From Anthoceros angustus (lineage: Eukaryota; Plantae; Anthocerotophyta), in the NCBI GenBank assembly GCA_010909165.1, contig MU008164.1:1798001-1862000 (forward strand): 64,000 bases of DNA, in the 5' to 3' direction. Below the pieces are notes generated by a model. The model made no database searches. It had not been told where the DNA came from and saw only the letters and a program-made list of their open reading frames with translations. The translations under genes were made by a program, and so were the position numbers. The number at the start of each line of letters is the position of its first letter. Within the stretch, counting starts at the first letter, position 1. This document shows positions 24,201-37,300 of this stretch, one piece after another.

Positions 24201-24797
24201 GCAATTCGTTTAGTTGAGGGAGTAGCGTCCTTACCATGTAATTCTGCAGGCCTGGGAGCTGCTTGGAAGAGTGCCAAAGTGCATGCTCCATCAACTTGTG
24301 GCCATCTTTGGCCTTGGAACTGTAGGACTAGCGGTAGGACTTTCATGTGTCCCTCTGGCAAGAGTGAATCCTCTGTGCGCTCTGCTCTGGTCGTCTGCAT
24401 CCATTGACCTGATCGTGTGTTTGTGGCAGGTGGCTGAAGATGCCCAGTGGCTGGAGCTTCTGGGATCATTGGAGTTGATGTGAGCCCAGAGAAGGCTGCA
24501 CCAGGTAAATGTCATGAATGTCACTCTTGCTGTAGTAGATAGATGGTGGGCTTTTAATGGTGACGAGCCTCATGTTCTCCCAGGTCATGTTTTCGGAGCC
24601 ACAGACTTCGTCTATCACGACAAGCCCATTCACCAGGTAGACAGACATGGAGTACAAAGTCAGCAGTTTTTCTTGCACCTCTGGCAAGGATGTCGACACG
24701 GAAGCGGAGTCTGGACCGGATATTTCAGGTGATCGCTCATATGACAGACGGAGGAGTGGACTACGCCTTTCAGCGTGTGGGGACCATCGACCTCATG
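19930..24797. repeat. Left arm of inverted duplication IR2 (partner 57787-62693)
   Basis: Near-identical reverse complement, including the F-box gene and the ADH fragment. Ends CTAGCTAGGCCTTCACAATG and GGGGACCATCGACC match the partner ends. Confidence 0.92.
21716..23636 (-). CDS. Intronless F-box protein (F-box/kelch-like beta-propeller type) with a long acidic insertion, copy F2; frameshifted as given
   Basis: F-box motif VWSNLPQECLDTVLARLPLGSRIRFSIVCKGWQS and SFCVANPITRTFKELPP (typical plant F-box/kelch CNPxTxxxxxLPP). Consecutive ORFs 22968-23636, 22538-23197, 22212-22619 and 21716-22105 join through frameshifts. Confidence 0.85.
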
Positions 24798-25165
24798 CAG
24801 GCCGCTTATGAGTGTCCCCACAAACAGGTATGGGGTGTTGCTGTGGTGATGGGGATCGCAAGTGCAGGCCATTCCATCAGTTTCAACCACCGGCTGCTCT
24901 TCACCGGCCGGATCATCAAAGGCACAGTCTACGGAGACTTCAAAGGACGATCAGACTTGCCCGGCCTAGTTGACAAGTACCTGAGAAAGGTAAGATGTAA
25001 GTAACATGGTGCGGCTGTCTGGTGCCCAACATAATGATGGCATGTTTGCAGGAATACAATCTTGACGACTTTGTCACCCACAACTTCTCCCTGTCTCCAA
25101 CCAACAATGCGTTCGAGCTCATGAGGCAGGGAAAAGGCTTGAGATCTGTCATTCGTCTTGCTGAA
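24015..25165 (+). pseudogene. 5'-truncated zinc-dependent alcohol dehydrogenase (class III/GSNOR-like exon layout)
   Basis: Spliced exons read KVSPEAPLHGVCLLTCGVATG / LGAAWKSAKV..VAIFGLGTVGLA / FGATDFV..HDKPIHQ / VIAHMTDGGVDYAFQ..WGVAVVMG..TGRIIKGTVYGDFKGRSDLPGLVDKYLRK / EYNLDDFVTHNFSL..NNAFELM. Sequence encoding the N-terminal region is absent. Confidence 0.88.
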
Positions 25166-25399
25166 AAAGTTCGGAGAAACAATTTCCAGTTTCATCAAAT
25201 CGGTCTTGTTGTTGGTTACGGGAGCCATGGTAGCTTCCCGTGTAGCTTCTTACTGTTTCCCTTGTGTTAAAGCTGGTCTTGTCTACAGCGTCAGCGTTTG
25301 TCCGCATTAGCTAGCTCCTGCTGTTCTAATACAATGAACTTTGTCATGTGAGCACGCAAGTGGAGGGTAGTGGAGTGGTAATACTCCTGGCTGATGGGG

Positions 25400-25560
25400 G
25401 TTGTCAAAGCTGTACGTGTGTGGATCCAAGGTTTCCGGTTCATGGTCGGTTGGCGGATCCGCCAACCGACCATGAAAGACTTTCAGCATGAACTGGGGTT
25501 TCCTGATCCATGCTCCTCACTTTGAGCGGCTAGGTCTGTATTCATCACCTCCGTCTTCAG
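25400..25560 (-). pseudogene. Diverged F-box family N-terminal fragment containing a 38-bp perfect palindrome
   Basis: WIRKPQFMLKVFHGRLA is paralogous to WIGKPHFQLQLLHGRLAEP. Confidence 0.65.
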
Positions 25561-25859
25561 AAGACGCCGCACGAGAAGTCCTCTCCACAGAAGAGTCCGA
25601 CGAATCCCTTTCTTGGTTGTCTTCACATTCGTAGTACAGCTCCAGGCTCGTGACAAACGTCCAGCTGCTTTACCAACTACAAAGATATCTGGCTGTCCTG
25701 TGCTCCCAAACCCAGGATGAAATCTCCTCCGCAACCAACAAGAGCAGCAAGTGGCACAGCCACAATTGATAGGGAATCAATTCCAATACTCTGGACAGAC
25801 AGTGTTCCAGAGACCGTTCCAGCATCCAGACTCGCACAGCTCCATCCAATGAGCTGGAG

Positions 25860-28800
25860 TCTTAAGCTCAGAGGCGGTGAAGAGTACCAAAAAACTTTGC
25901 CTTACACAGCCTGCCTGTTCTGTCGCAGGTTCTCCATTTATATCCACAGCCATGGCGGTGGCTCGTACAGTACATCGTATCGGGCAAGGTATACATATGT
26001 GTCCGTATGTTGCCTAACACTCGTATATCGCCTAACAACTCACCCAGGGGATGAAGTGGTTTCGGCCTCGAAACGACGGGAGGCATGGTAGGCAGCAAGG
26101 GCGTCGTCACAATGGGAAAGGTTGCGGCGCGGCTCCCAGGTGGCCTCTGATAGAGGATAGCCGCGCCAGAGTACGAGATATTCAAGACAGTTTCGGCGGG
26201 TGCGGTGTTTGAGGATGCGGTCCACTTCATACATGGGTTTTCCGAAGTCCAAGACGGGTGGAGGTCGGGAAGGGAGGGGGCCTAGGAACGGCTTTAGCAG
26301 GGAAGTGTGAAAGACGTTGTGGCACTTGTAGGAAGGAGGAAGGGCGAGGCGATAGGCCGCAGGGCCGATGACCTGTAATACGGGAAAAGGTCCGATCCAT
26401 CGATCGGCCAATTTCCGGGATCCAGTACCAAGGAGTGGGGGTAGAAAACGAGTAGACAATAGCACCTGATCGCCAGGGGAAAATGTCAGTGGTCGTCGAT
26501 GGCGGTTGGTTTGTAGGATCTGCCGATTTTGTGCCTCAAACACATGTTGCCGAACTTGCTGAAGAACCTGAGCCCGCTGTTGGAGGAAGTCCATGGCCGC
26601 AGGTGCGCGGTCAGCAGCAGGCAGCACAGCTGTTAACATGGTCCTGGGATGAAATCCATAAAGAGCAAAAAAGGGTGTTGTTCCTGTGCTGGCATTCTTA
26701 GAGTTGTTGAAAGCAAACTCTGCTAAATGTAGATATTGCTCCCATTTTTCCTGCTGAGTACTGACATATGCTCGAAGAAGATCTTCAATGGTTTGAATAG
26801 CCCGCTGTAGCTCCATCGGTCTGGGTGGCTTGTTGATAGATACAATTTAGTTTGTAGTCCGCGATGCATAGCTTGCCAAAGCGAGAAGTAAACCGGGGTC
26901 CCGATCACTTACTATCTTGTGAGGCAAGCCATGGAGCTGTAGATATAACGAAGGTATAGCTCAGCATCCATCGCTGAACATGCTTCGTAGTGGGGCTAAG
27001 TGGATCATTCTCGTAAGTTTGTCGGTAAACACAAGGATCGCATCATATCCTGGGGTCAAAGGTAAACCCACTACGAAATCAAGAGTGACTTGCTCCCACG
27101 GAGTAAGGGAATGGGCATAGGCTGAAGAAGACCAGGTACCTTAGTCCGGGGAGCCTTGATCCGTTGACAAATGCCACAAAGATGGATCCAAGTAGTGACA
27201 TCATCGCCATTTTCGGCGATGTCCCGTACACGCAAGTTGTAAAGTGTACGGTGAATGCCTGATGTCTGCAGAGGGAGTCTCATGAGCCTCCCGAAATAGT
27301 ATAAGACGAACATGTGGTAGTGGAGGAACATAAAGCCTACCACGAAATGAAGAAGACACATCGATTGAGTCCATGCGGTTCCGTATCCCAGAACTTGCGA
27401 GCATCCTTAGCAGTGCGATGTAAGTACAAGGAACTCATCGATCCGATTTCCTTGTACATTAATAGCGTAGTAATAGTTGTTAAGCGAGACAGGCATCCGC
27501 CACACGATTCTGCTCACGAAATATGTTGAGCGAAAAGTTGTATTCTTTGGAAGTGCTCGCCGTGAGCACTTCCTACTCAAATGTGTTTGAGTTTGAAGAT
27601 ATTCGATGGCTCGTGATCCGTCTCTAAAATGAATGGGGTGCCCTCCGGACACCACCTCCATTCCTTGAGAGCTAAAACACATGCCAAGGTTTCCTTTTCA
27701 TGGGTGGTCCAGATTAAGTTCAGCCCCTTTCAACTTGCGACTAAAATATGCTATAGGTTGTCGCCCATGACCTCTATCTTGCAACCTGACCCGATGGCAA
27801 CATCAAGCATCGGTAGTGACTATAAAGGGAAATCTTTGGGTCGGGTAGATGAGCACAGGCGTAGATTAAGGCTCTTGAGGTCTTCAAATGACTCCATTGT
27901 TGAGCCATGTCCACATTGCGCCTTTTGAGTTAACCGTGTAAGGGGCTGGGAAAACGCTCTATAAATTTCCGTAGTAAGATACTAAGCCGAGGAAAGATTG
28001 AACGTCCCGGATGATCTAGGCACGCCATTTTGTACTACACATACCTTTTAGGGTCCACTCGTATCCCATCTCTGAAACTATGTGTCCAAGGTACTCTATC
28101 TTTGGTAAGCGAATTCACCGCCGTTTCTTGTATGAATAGCTTCCTCTCCGTAACCTAAGCAGGACTTCTCGTAGTAAAGTAATATGCTCCTCTACTGTCT
28201 TGCTGTAGATGAGTATATCATCTAAATAAACCAACACCCCTTTCCTGATTAAATCACGCATAGTGTCGTTCATCAGTTGCTGGAAAGTGCTAGGAGCATT
28301 AACCAAACCAAAACTCATGACTAGCCACTCATAGTGCCCATCCCTCGTGTTAAAAGCTGTCTTCTCGATGTCTTCATCAGCAATACGGATTTGGTGATAC
28401 CCGGCTGCCAAATCTAACTTCGTGAAGTACTTGGCCCCTTGCAATTGCTCAAGCATCTCATCAATCCGTGGTAGGGGGTAGCAATTTCGTTTGGTGATAT
28501 TGTTGAGTCCTCTATAGTCCATGCACATACGTAGTCCCCTGCCTTTTGCCGTGAAGAGAATAGGGGCCCCATACGGAGACTTTGAAGGACGGATGAATCC
28601 TTTCGCAAAGGGCTTGATCGGCATCGAGCTTCCTCCAATTCCGTGGGTGATAATCGATACACCGAACGGTATGGGGCTTGATGCCCGAGTGAGTCGACTC
28701 TATCTTATGATCCACTGACTCTGAGGGGAAGCCTTGGTGGCAACCCTTGAACAACCACATCTTGAAACTCCTGAGGAGTCTAACTTGACCTCGAACTATC

Positions 28801-30469
28801 CACAAGACCTTTCTTATCTACAACATCTTCTCGAATGTCAAAACGCCACAACTTCATTATCCGTTGTTGGTGGTGCAGCCCAAGCGACTCATGAGCAGCT
28901 AAAGCAGTGCTCTACCGCATCCGTCTCTCCTTCCGGAAATATTAGGATTACGTTCCTCCAACCACTCCATCCCCAAGATTACATCACAATTAATCGGCAA
29001 CGGAGTTATTGTACAGCGAATGTAATCGAGCGTCTATCCTAAGAGGTACACACTTACTTTGCGTCCGGCGATGCTCCCCATTCGCGAAAGTGACAAACCC
29101 TAAACATTTTCTTGTGTCGTCCATTATACAGGCAAACCGTGTTGACATGAAATTACAACTTGCTCCACACCACGAGGATGGCACAAACACGGCCATCCAC
29201 ACTCCACACGTAAGAGATTCCGTACCCTTCGTCTTGGATGGGGCTAATCTCGAGCATATGGCCGCTTCCCCTCATGGCCATGCCTACGGGTTTTCCGTCT
29301 TTTGGGTCTCCACCGCCATAGCTACTATCTCATTCAACGTGCTCCTCGCCGTAGTGGTATTGCCTGTGGCCTTGCCTCGAGCCACATCCCTAACGGAGGC
29401 ACACACTAGCTCTGTGCCCCCATTCGTTACAATTAAAACATCGGCCTCGAAATTCTTGAATCCGCCCAAGCTCCATAGGCACCGCTTCCGAACTAGGGCT
29501 AGAAGTCTATCCTCCACGTAGCCCTCGGTCCCATCCCTTATCCTGCATCGCACTGTAGTAAAGGGCATCTGTTCGTGCTGCTAGTGTCATTGCATCCTGC
29601 AATGTCTGGCAGTCCCGTAGTTTCACCTCTTTGCGAACCGTAAACTTCAATCCTCGAGTGTAGCGGTCTCGTGTTTCTGCTTCACTCATATCGGGTATGG
29701 CCATCACCAGCTCCAAAAACTCACGATTGTATTCAACAACACTCTTCCTGCACCGGTTTCACTAATTTATCTCGGCGACCTCCGGACCCTCCGTGGAACA
29801 AAGCGTGGTTCGGAGGCTATCAAAAACTCATCTAAATCGTGAAGTCGGCAAGCTCCCTTGCGCGTGCACGATTCGTCGTAGCCACCAAGTAGGCGCCGTT
29901 CCCGCAAAAATCCGGCTGCGGATCTACTGCGGAGGTGGGGGCACCAAGCGTAGGCACATACCTTTTCACTTGATCAATCCGGTTATCCACGGCTCCTCTT
30001 TCCCATCAAGTTCTCGCCTTGATCCCTTTACCTTTTCCATACCTTGAAGCCGTGACATAGGGTCCTGATGGATTTGCAAGGCCGTAACGCTTGCTCAAGG
30101 TGAGCAATCCGCTCACTCGATGCCCGTTCCAACTGGGCAATCCTTTCATTTGAGGCAGCCAGCTGGCTCCGAGCATCCACGCCAGCTCCCCATGGCTGCT
30201 TCAAATTCCTATTGCGGCGTGGGACCGACCCTTGGCCAACTCCTTCGTCCCGCAACCACGCTGCACGTCACGAGCGTTGGGCGAGGCTCGATACCGATTC
30301 TTAAGCTCGGGCGGTGAAGAGTACCAAAAACTTTGCCTTACGGCTGCATATTGCATCGCAGTTCTCCATTTATATCCACAGCCATGGCGGTGGCTCGTCT
30401 GATACATCGTATCGGGCAAGGTATACATATGTGTCCGTATGTTGCCTAACACTCGTATATCGCCTAACA
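25860..30469 (-). mobile_element. Ty3/gypsy chromovirus LTR retrotransposon, internally deleted and degenerate
   Basis: LTRs at 30299-30469 and 25860-26037 start TGTTAGGCG on the minus strand. 5-bp TSD TGGAG at 25855-25859 and 30470-30474. iMet-like PBS (GGTATC.GAGC) at about 30285-30297. RT at 28115-28624 ([21 protein letters not shown]). Integrase C-terminus and chromodomain (YEVDRILKHR..EYLVLWRGYPLSEATWEP) at 26040-26816. Gag remnants at 29284-29716. Confidence 0.95.
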
Positions 30470-30829
30470 TGGAGGCTATCAAGCCTCGGAAGCAGAACAT
30501 AGCGAAATACAAGTATACGCTCGTCCCGACTCACAACCTCGCCTCCACTTCCCTTGCAAGGGCTTGTATCCCCACAAAATTCTAACCCCATCGGCGCTCC
30601 ACGATAGCAAGAGTATTTCACCATGCATGTTCCTCTATTGCACATAGAGGCTCCCTCCACATGCACCGTGCCCGCTCCACACTTGAGTCCATCCCTTCAC
30701 GCGTTCCATTGTTGGCATGTCACATTGTGAAGGCCTAGCTAGGCTTCGGTCCGTGTTGTATTCGGCTTTCATTGTCGGCGCTCACGGGTTGTGCCTACCA
30801 TCACTTGACACTCAACACGTGATATACTT

Positions 30830-32068
30830 GGCTTCCACATAATTCATCCGCCAATCCTGTTGGAATCTTGAAACACGACTTCCACCAATAGCTGCAGCAG
30901 TGCCATTCAACGCTACTTCTACAAGGGGTAATGTGTCGCAGAGTTCACACACGAGGAGGGAGGCCAGTAGCGGTGGGCGATATTCAACATTGAAGGAAGG
31001 GGTGCTTCGTGCTCTCAACCAAATTTACTTCAGACCTTTTTGCACGAAACGATTGGCAGCCTTGGACACTTCGGCTACTTCTCTCGATCGAGGTTCTACC
31101 CATTACATCATCAAGGAACTTCAATGGACAAAGCTTCCAACAGCGGTACTCAAGCGCTTGATCGTCATTCTGCAGACTTATCGAGACTCGAACCCTTGAG
31201 CTTCACCTCGGACTTTGAGCCGTGTCCTAAAGTGCACATGGACTACACACACGACAGTTGAACATGGAAGCGTGTCAAACGCAAATCATTCGGTAAGAAG
31301 AGGCGGTGCGAATCGCTCGAATAAGGTACTCTCACCTTTGGAAATGAGACTCCATGCATTGTCGAGAATGTTGTATCCCACCAAGTGCGTTCACAACCCC
31401 TCTTGAGGTTGAGGAGTGTCACTAAAAATAGTGAAGTAGATGGTATCACCTAACAATCTAACAAGGTTGCTCAATCAGCTACTTCACCGTTACTCGACAT
31501 TGTCCTCGGCCTTGTCATGCACCCTTAATGTCATCCAATGCTCGCCATATATCTGGGTCCAAAAGTATCCCCCGCCATGCAAAGAATTTGCACATAACTA
31601 CTCTTGGCACTGTATCCTCATCTTCGTCGGGACGTTGGTACTCCTCAAATAACCTCGGCCACCTCGTGTGTGGCCTCTGCGCGAGATTACCCTCTTTATG
31701 CTTCTGCGCAAGATTACCCTCTTTATGCTTCTCTGCAAGATTACCCTCTTTTATGGCCTTCGCGCAATACTACCCTCTTCATGGCTTCTGCGCGAGACTA
31801 CCCTCTTCATGGCTTCTGCGCGAGATTACCTCTTTATGGCCTCTTGCGCGAGATTCCCTCTTTATGGCCTCTGCGCGACATTACTCTTTTATAATGAATG
31901 CTCATTTCGAGATAGTGGATGTTTATCTCCTTGGTCCCCTTTGTTTCGTACAGTTCACCATTGCACAAAAAACTAGTGAGGCCAACCGTTGTTTCCTAGG
32001 AAGACTAGTGCACAAAAACTACTCTGGCCAGTTGTTGTTTCGAATAAAGATGAAAAACCAGAGTGGAT
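30830..32068 (-). pseudogene. Degraded F-box C-terminal fragments
   Basis: 30830-31430 is a direct repeat of 14870-15430, and about 31240-32068 is an inverted repeat of 56890-57760. Confidence 0.7.
31660..31885. repeat. Minisatellite of about 29-31 bp units (GCGCGAGATTACCCTCTTTATGGCTTCT-like), about 7 copies; inverted paralogue at 57125-57320
   Basis: Unit read directly in both places. Confidence 0.85.
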
Positions 32069-32069
32069 G

Positions 32070-34300
32070 TAGTAATGTCTGTAGTAAAACTATATGTTTT
32101 TTAGTAGTATCTGATCACTTAAGAACATGGGAGTACCAACTCCCATATGATAAAGGAATATTTTCTATCTCTTGATTTTTCTATTTAGATTGTGGACAGG
32201 TAGAAGATGAATGCTTAATACCTACGGGTGCCAGGTGTGGCTACCGCACGTGCATTCTCCAAATTGAAGCATTTTAACATACCAGCTACATATCTTCCTT
32301 GAGGGAGGTAGATAGCTCCAGTGGTATCTCTATGTACATGTATTCTAAGAATATATTTAACTTTGCCGAGATCTTTCATCTCGAATTCTTTACTAAGGTC
32401 AGCTTTAATCTTGTTAACTAGTTCAATATTATTGTCTAGAATAACTAAGCCATCAACATATAGTGCAACCATCACAAGAGAGCTGTCCTTGCGGAGTATA
32501 TAGATATTGGTGTTAGCTTCACTTTGAATAAAACCTAGCTTCTTGAGGCAAGAGTCCATTCTCTCATACCATAAATGTGGGCTTAGCTTTAGTCCATAAA
32601 TAGAGCGAATAAGTTTACACACCTTGTCTGGATGTTGATTATCTTCATAGTCTTCTGGTTGATCCATATAGATCTCTTCTTTCAGATGATCATAAAAAAA
32701 AGCAAGACAAACGTCAAGCTGATAAACGTCTTTCAGATTAAGCTCGGCACATAAAACTAGGAGCATTCTCACGGAAGCAGCCTTGACAACAGGTGAATAA
32801 ACCTTATCGCCTTGATAGTCCACTCTCTCTTTCTGACTATAACCCTTAGCCACTAGTCTCGCTTCATAGTGAACTCAAGGTTCCACCTCCTGGAATTTTG
32901 TTTTGAGAACCCACTTGCATTTGACAGTGGTTCTGTCTTTGGGCAAGTTTACTAGAGTCCAAGTATTGTTTTTGATAAGAAAATTATATTCATCATCAAT
33001 AGCCAACTTCTACTTAAATGCATGAGGTTGAGAATATGCCTCTTGCAGAGTAAGGGGATCTCCCTCTGAAAGGTGAACACTAAAGGTGTTGAAATGACCT
33101 GAAGCAGTGGTGGTATAGCTAGCTTGATTGAACTCTAAATCAAAGGGGATCTCATAGATGTATCTTAGTTGCCGTTGATGCGAAGGATATCTTCGCTCAG
33201 GTACTGGATTAAGTATAACTGGAGGAGGTGGAGCAGGAATACTCTCTGAGTCTTGAGGATTAAGAGCACCAAAGTCTTCTCTGTTTTCAAGAGGATCAAC
33301 AATACTTCCCCCTCTCGAACAGGAACAATAGGAATAGTTGCTGCTTGAGGTGAAGAGGCCATGGATGTAGCAGTAGGTCTTGGGAGACCAGAGTCAGGGA
33401 AAACATAGGGCTGAGTCAAAAACTCAGGCATAATGTTACTTGGGTCGGAAGGAGCAGTGTCGTCTGAAGGAGCCAAAGCAGAGTCCACGGGGACAGAACG
33501 AGCAGATGCGAACCGAGCCTCATCAAAAGTGACAGTGCGAGCATATACAATAACATGGGTATCTAAGTCAACCAGTTTATAAGCCTTACGACCCTCACCA
33601 TAGCCCATAAACACCAGCTTGCGAGCCCTGGCCGAGAGCTTATCGCGAAGCTGAGAAGGAATTAAAGCATAGGCGGGGCATCCAAAAATACGTCGATGAG
33701 TAATAAGGGGCTTACATTCTTAGCAGCACTCAAACAAAGTCCGGCTAGGAATTGACTTGGAAAGGAGTCCGTTGCGCAGACACGCCGCAATATCAATCGC
33801 TTCAGCCCAGAAGGATTTGGGGAGCTGAGCACGGGCTAGCATGACGCGGGTCATGGCGAGCAGATCGCTGTTGGCCTTTTCATCAACCCCATTCTACTGA
33901 GTGTAGGGAACCGTAAATTGACGAAGAATCCCCCTCTCCAAACAGAAGTCCTTAAATAGCTAGGTATTTAATTATCTTGCATTGTCAGATCTAATGCACC
34001 GAAGCTTGCAAATGGTTTGCAGCTTGGCCATAGTGACAAAAAGAGTAAGAGAGCTGAAGAAGTCACTCTTCAACTTGAGCGGAATAGCAAAAGTATAGTG
34101 ACTATAGTCGTCAATAATAGTCATAAAGTGCAGGGCCCACCAAGGGAAGGGATAGGAAGTGGAGTGGACCACAAAGATCAACATGGACCAACTCTAAGGG
34201 CTGAGAAGCCCGACGGGCAGGTAGAGTAGGATAGGGTAAGCTACATTGCTTAGCATATATACAAGGTTCCATATCGGTGGAGTCTTCTCCCAGACTCCAC
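32070..34300 (-). mobile_element. Ty1/copia internal fragment (integrase and partial RT), degenerate
   Basis: AKGYSQKERVDY..YSPVVKAASVRMLL, QLDV..AF, LIRSIYGLKLSP and LYVDGL (RT). HVDLCGP, FMTIIDDYSHYTF and IRSDN (integrase). FMGYGEGRKAYKLVD is also present. Confidence 0.92.
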
Positions 34301-34309
34301 CGTGATGGA

Positions 34310-37300
34310 CCGCTTTTTATTTTTCTGTCCGCTGAAAACCCCCCAGTGCAAGGTGATGGAAGAAGTGGGATCAGCTTGTGTGTGTGTGTTTGTGTCATCG
34401 GCAGGCCTCCATGGATAGATAGGACCATGATGATATGAACACCCGGCGCGTCCAAATATGGGATATATATGGTTTCAATGATGTTAATGTCGAGAGGCTT
34501 ACGCACACGCTTGTAGGATTGTATGAATTCCTGTTTATCGAGTCTCCATTTATACGGGCTCATGGCTACCCGTGGTGGTTCTCTACATGGTTGGAAAGAC
34601 ATTGGTGTACAAGGACACCGGCAACCTCAGATAGTGCCTTCTGGACATTGACCTGGCCTGGGCCTGCACTGACGGACGAGCTCGTACCAGTAACTACTGT
34701 GTGGTTTCTGTTAGCCATGATCAAACTGTTATCTAGATAACAGGTTGATGCTCTAGATCTAGAGCATTTGCTTCACGGTGGCGTAGAGCATCCATGTCCA
34801 CCAGAGCAGGCAACTGCCCACAAGCATGGCTCTTCGTTTATGTGCGGGCCCGTTAAAAAACTGTGATGCATACACGGGTGTCGGCGTTCCACCTTGCATC
34901 ACACATTGACAATCGTCATCGTCTTTCCTGGCACGGTGACATCTTTGGAGGTTTGGATCTCGACGAAGGCATAATTTATGTACGTCGACATGTCTGACTG
35001 TCAAAAGCTGCCAAATTCTACGGGATACTTTTCTCCCAATATACTTTACATGCCCAGCTATCAGGGCCTTCCATATGCATGTCCCTACCTCTTTTGAGTC
35101 CAAAGCGTGGATGACCTAGCGTGCATCTTCCACTCCGCCACATTTGTCCTCCATGCCTGCCCTAGGCCCCTTGCAAGGCACCAGCATCCACTTGCAGCTC
35201 GTCAGATTTTGCATACATGCATGTCCACTGTCCAGGCTAGCTGTTGCCGACCAGAATGTCACTTTGTAGCTGTCTTGTTTCCACAATTGGCAAGTGCAGC
35301 TGCCTGCCCTTCTTTAAGTTACGCACCAGTGGTATTGCACAGGCCTTCAAAAAGACAAGCAAAAGTGACACGGACAATCAGGACCCCCTGGCCTCTTGGC
35401 TGAATCCTCGCTCGGCTGTACATACGCCAGAAATGCAAGTGTCTCCCCTTAAGCTTGTATGTCATGGGCTCTTCCCAGTTCACAACCTCGCCTCCATTTC
35501 TCTTGCAAGGGCTAGTATCCCCACAAGCTGATTCTGACCTCATCGGCGCTTCCTGATAGCAAGAATATTTCACCATGTTCCTCTATTGCACATAGAGGCT
35601 CCCTCCACGCACGTGCACACCGTCTGCATCCTGTACACTTGGAGTCAATCCCTTCACGCTTTCCGTTGTTGGCATATCACATTGTGAAGACCTAGCTACG
35701 GGTTCTGCTCCGTGTCATCCTGCCTTCATTATCGGCGCCCTGGGTTGTGCCTGCATGGACGTCCAGACAGCTCATAGGTACGCACGCGTGAAAGGGCTCT
35801 GTGAAGAGGTAGCCGCTAGATGTGTGTGCATAAGTGGAGTAGGAGCGCCTAGGCTAGTTTAGCTAGCCTACCGAGGTTACTTTGCTTGCCTTTTCAAGGC
35901 CTGTGGATGCACTGGTGCTTTGCAAGAGGGCAGGCATCTCCACTCGCAAAAATTGTTGGAAACAGCGCAGCTAGAAAATGCCATGTCACACTGGTGGGCA
36001 GCTGCTTGGTGGGCATGGAGGACAAATGGCGAAGTGGAAGACGCACGCGTACGCTAGGTCGTTCACGGTTTGAACTGAAAAGAGGTGGGGACATGGAATG
36101 TCCTGAGGATGATAGCTGGGCATGTACTGTCAGCTAGGGCTATGTTGATGAAGAGGCATTCTCGCAACTGCAAGATCCGGATGGACAAATGGAGAAAGGC
36201 ATCCCGTAGAACGTTGCAACTTCTGAGAGGCAGGCATGTCGACGTATATATCGATGCCTTCGTTTCCTAACCTCTGAAGCTGTCACCGTGGAATGCTGGA
36301 AAGACGATGACGATTGTCCCAGCTATGTGATGCAAGCAGGAACGCCGACGGTGTATGCACACAAAAGGAGGCGACACAAAAGACATGTTTGGTGGGCAGC
36401 TGCATGGTGGGCATGCAAATAGTTTCAGGACTCCTGGTGGGCATGAAAATGGAGTCCAAACAAATAAATGTGGCGAAGTGGAAGATGCTCGCTAGGTCAT
36501 TCACGGTTTGGACTCAAAAGAGGTGGGGTACATGGAATGTACTGCTGATATCTGGGCATGTAATGTAAGCAAGGGCTCTGTTGACGTTGATGAAGAGGCT
36601 TGATCTGTATGGACATTTTGGAGAAAAGCATCCGTAGAATCTTCCAGCTTTTGACAGGCAGCCACGTCGATTCCTTCATCTCCTCACCTCTGAAGATGTC
36701 ACCGTGGAAAGCTGGAAAGACGATGACGATTATCCTATGTGATGCAAGCAGGAACGCCGACGGTGTATGCACACAAAAGACATGCTTGTGGGGCACTAGT
36801 CTTACCTGGTAGACGTATGAATGCAACCTGTACCGAACTGCACTATGCAAGCTGGGTTTTTTCTACTGGTTTGGCCACGAGAACGAGTCCATCTGCAAGC
36901 AAAACGAAATTGTTGCCACTAGAAGCAGCGGCAGCTTCGGACTCTGACTCTGGGACCTGGGTAGGTAGGACACAGTTGCAGGGACCTAAAAGAGTAGTCC
37001 ACATCGTCAAGCTCCCCGCCCTTCGTCCTTCGTATGTCGGCTATGCGAACGAGTATTTCCATTACAGGTCATCTACAATCTACAACCTACAATTCTATCC
37101 CATGTCCTTCTGATTTCTGGGATATGGATCGTTGCAAGAATACCTACGCCATACCCACCAGCGTGTCACTTTCAGCAGCCTTCGTGTTACAATCTGTGAT
37201 TACAGCTGCCTGCCCTCAGATCTTGCAAGGCACCAGTGCTTCCATACGCCTTGAGAAGGCAAGCAAAAGGAACCTCGATAGCCAAAAGCAGGAGCTCCTA

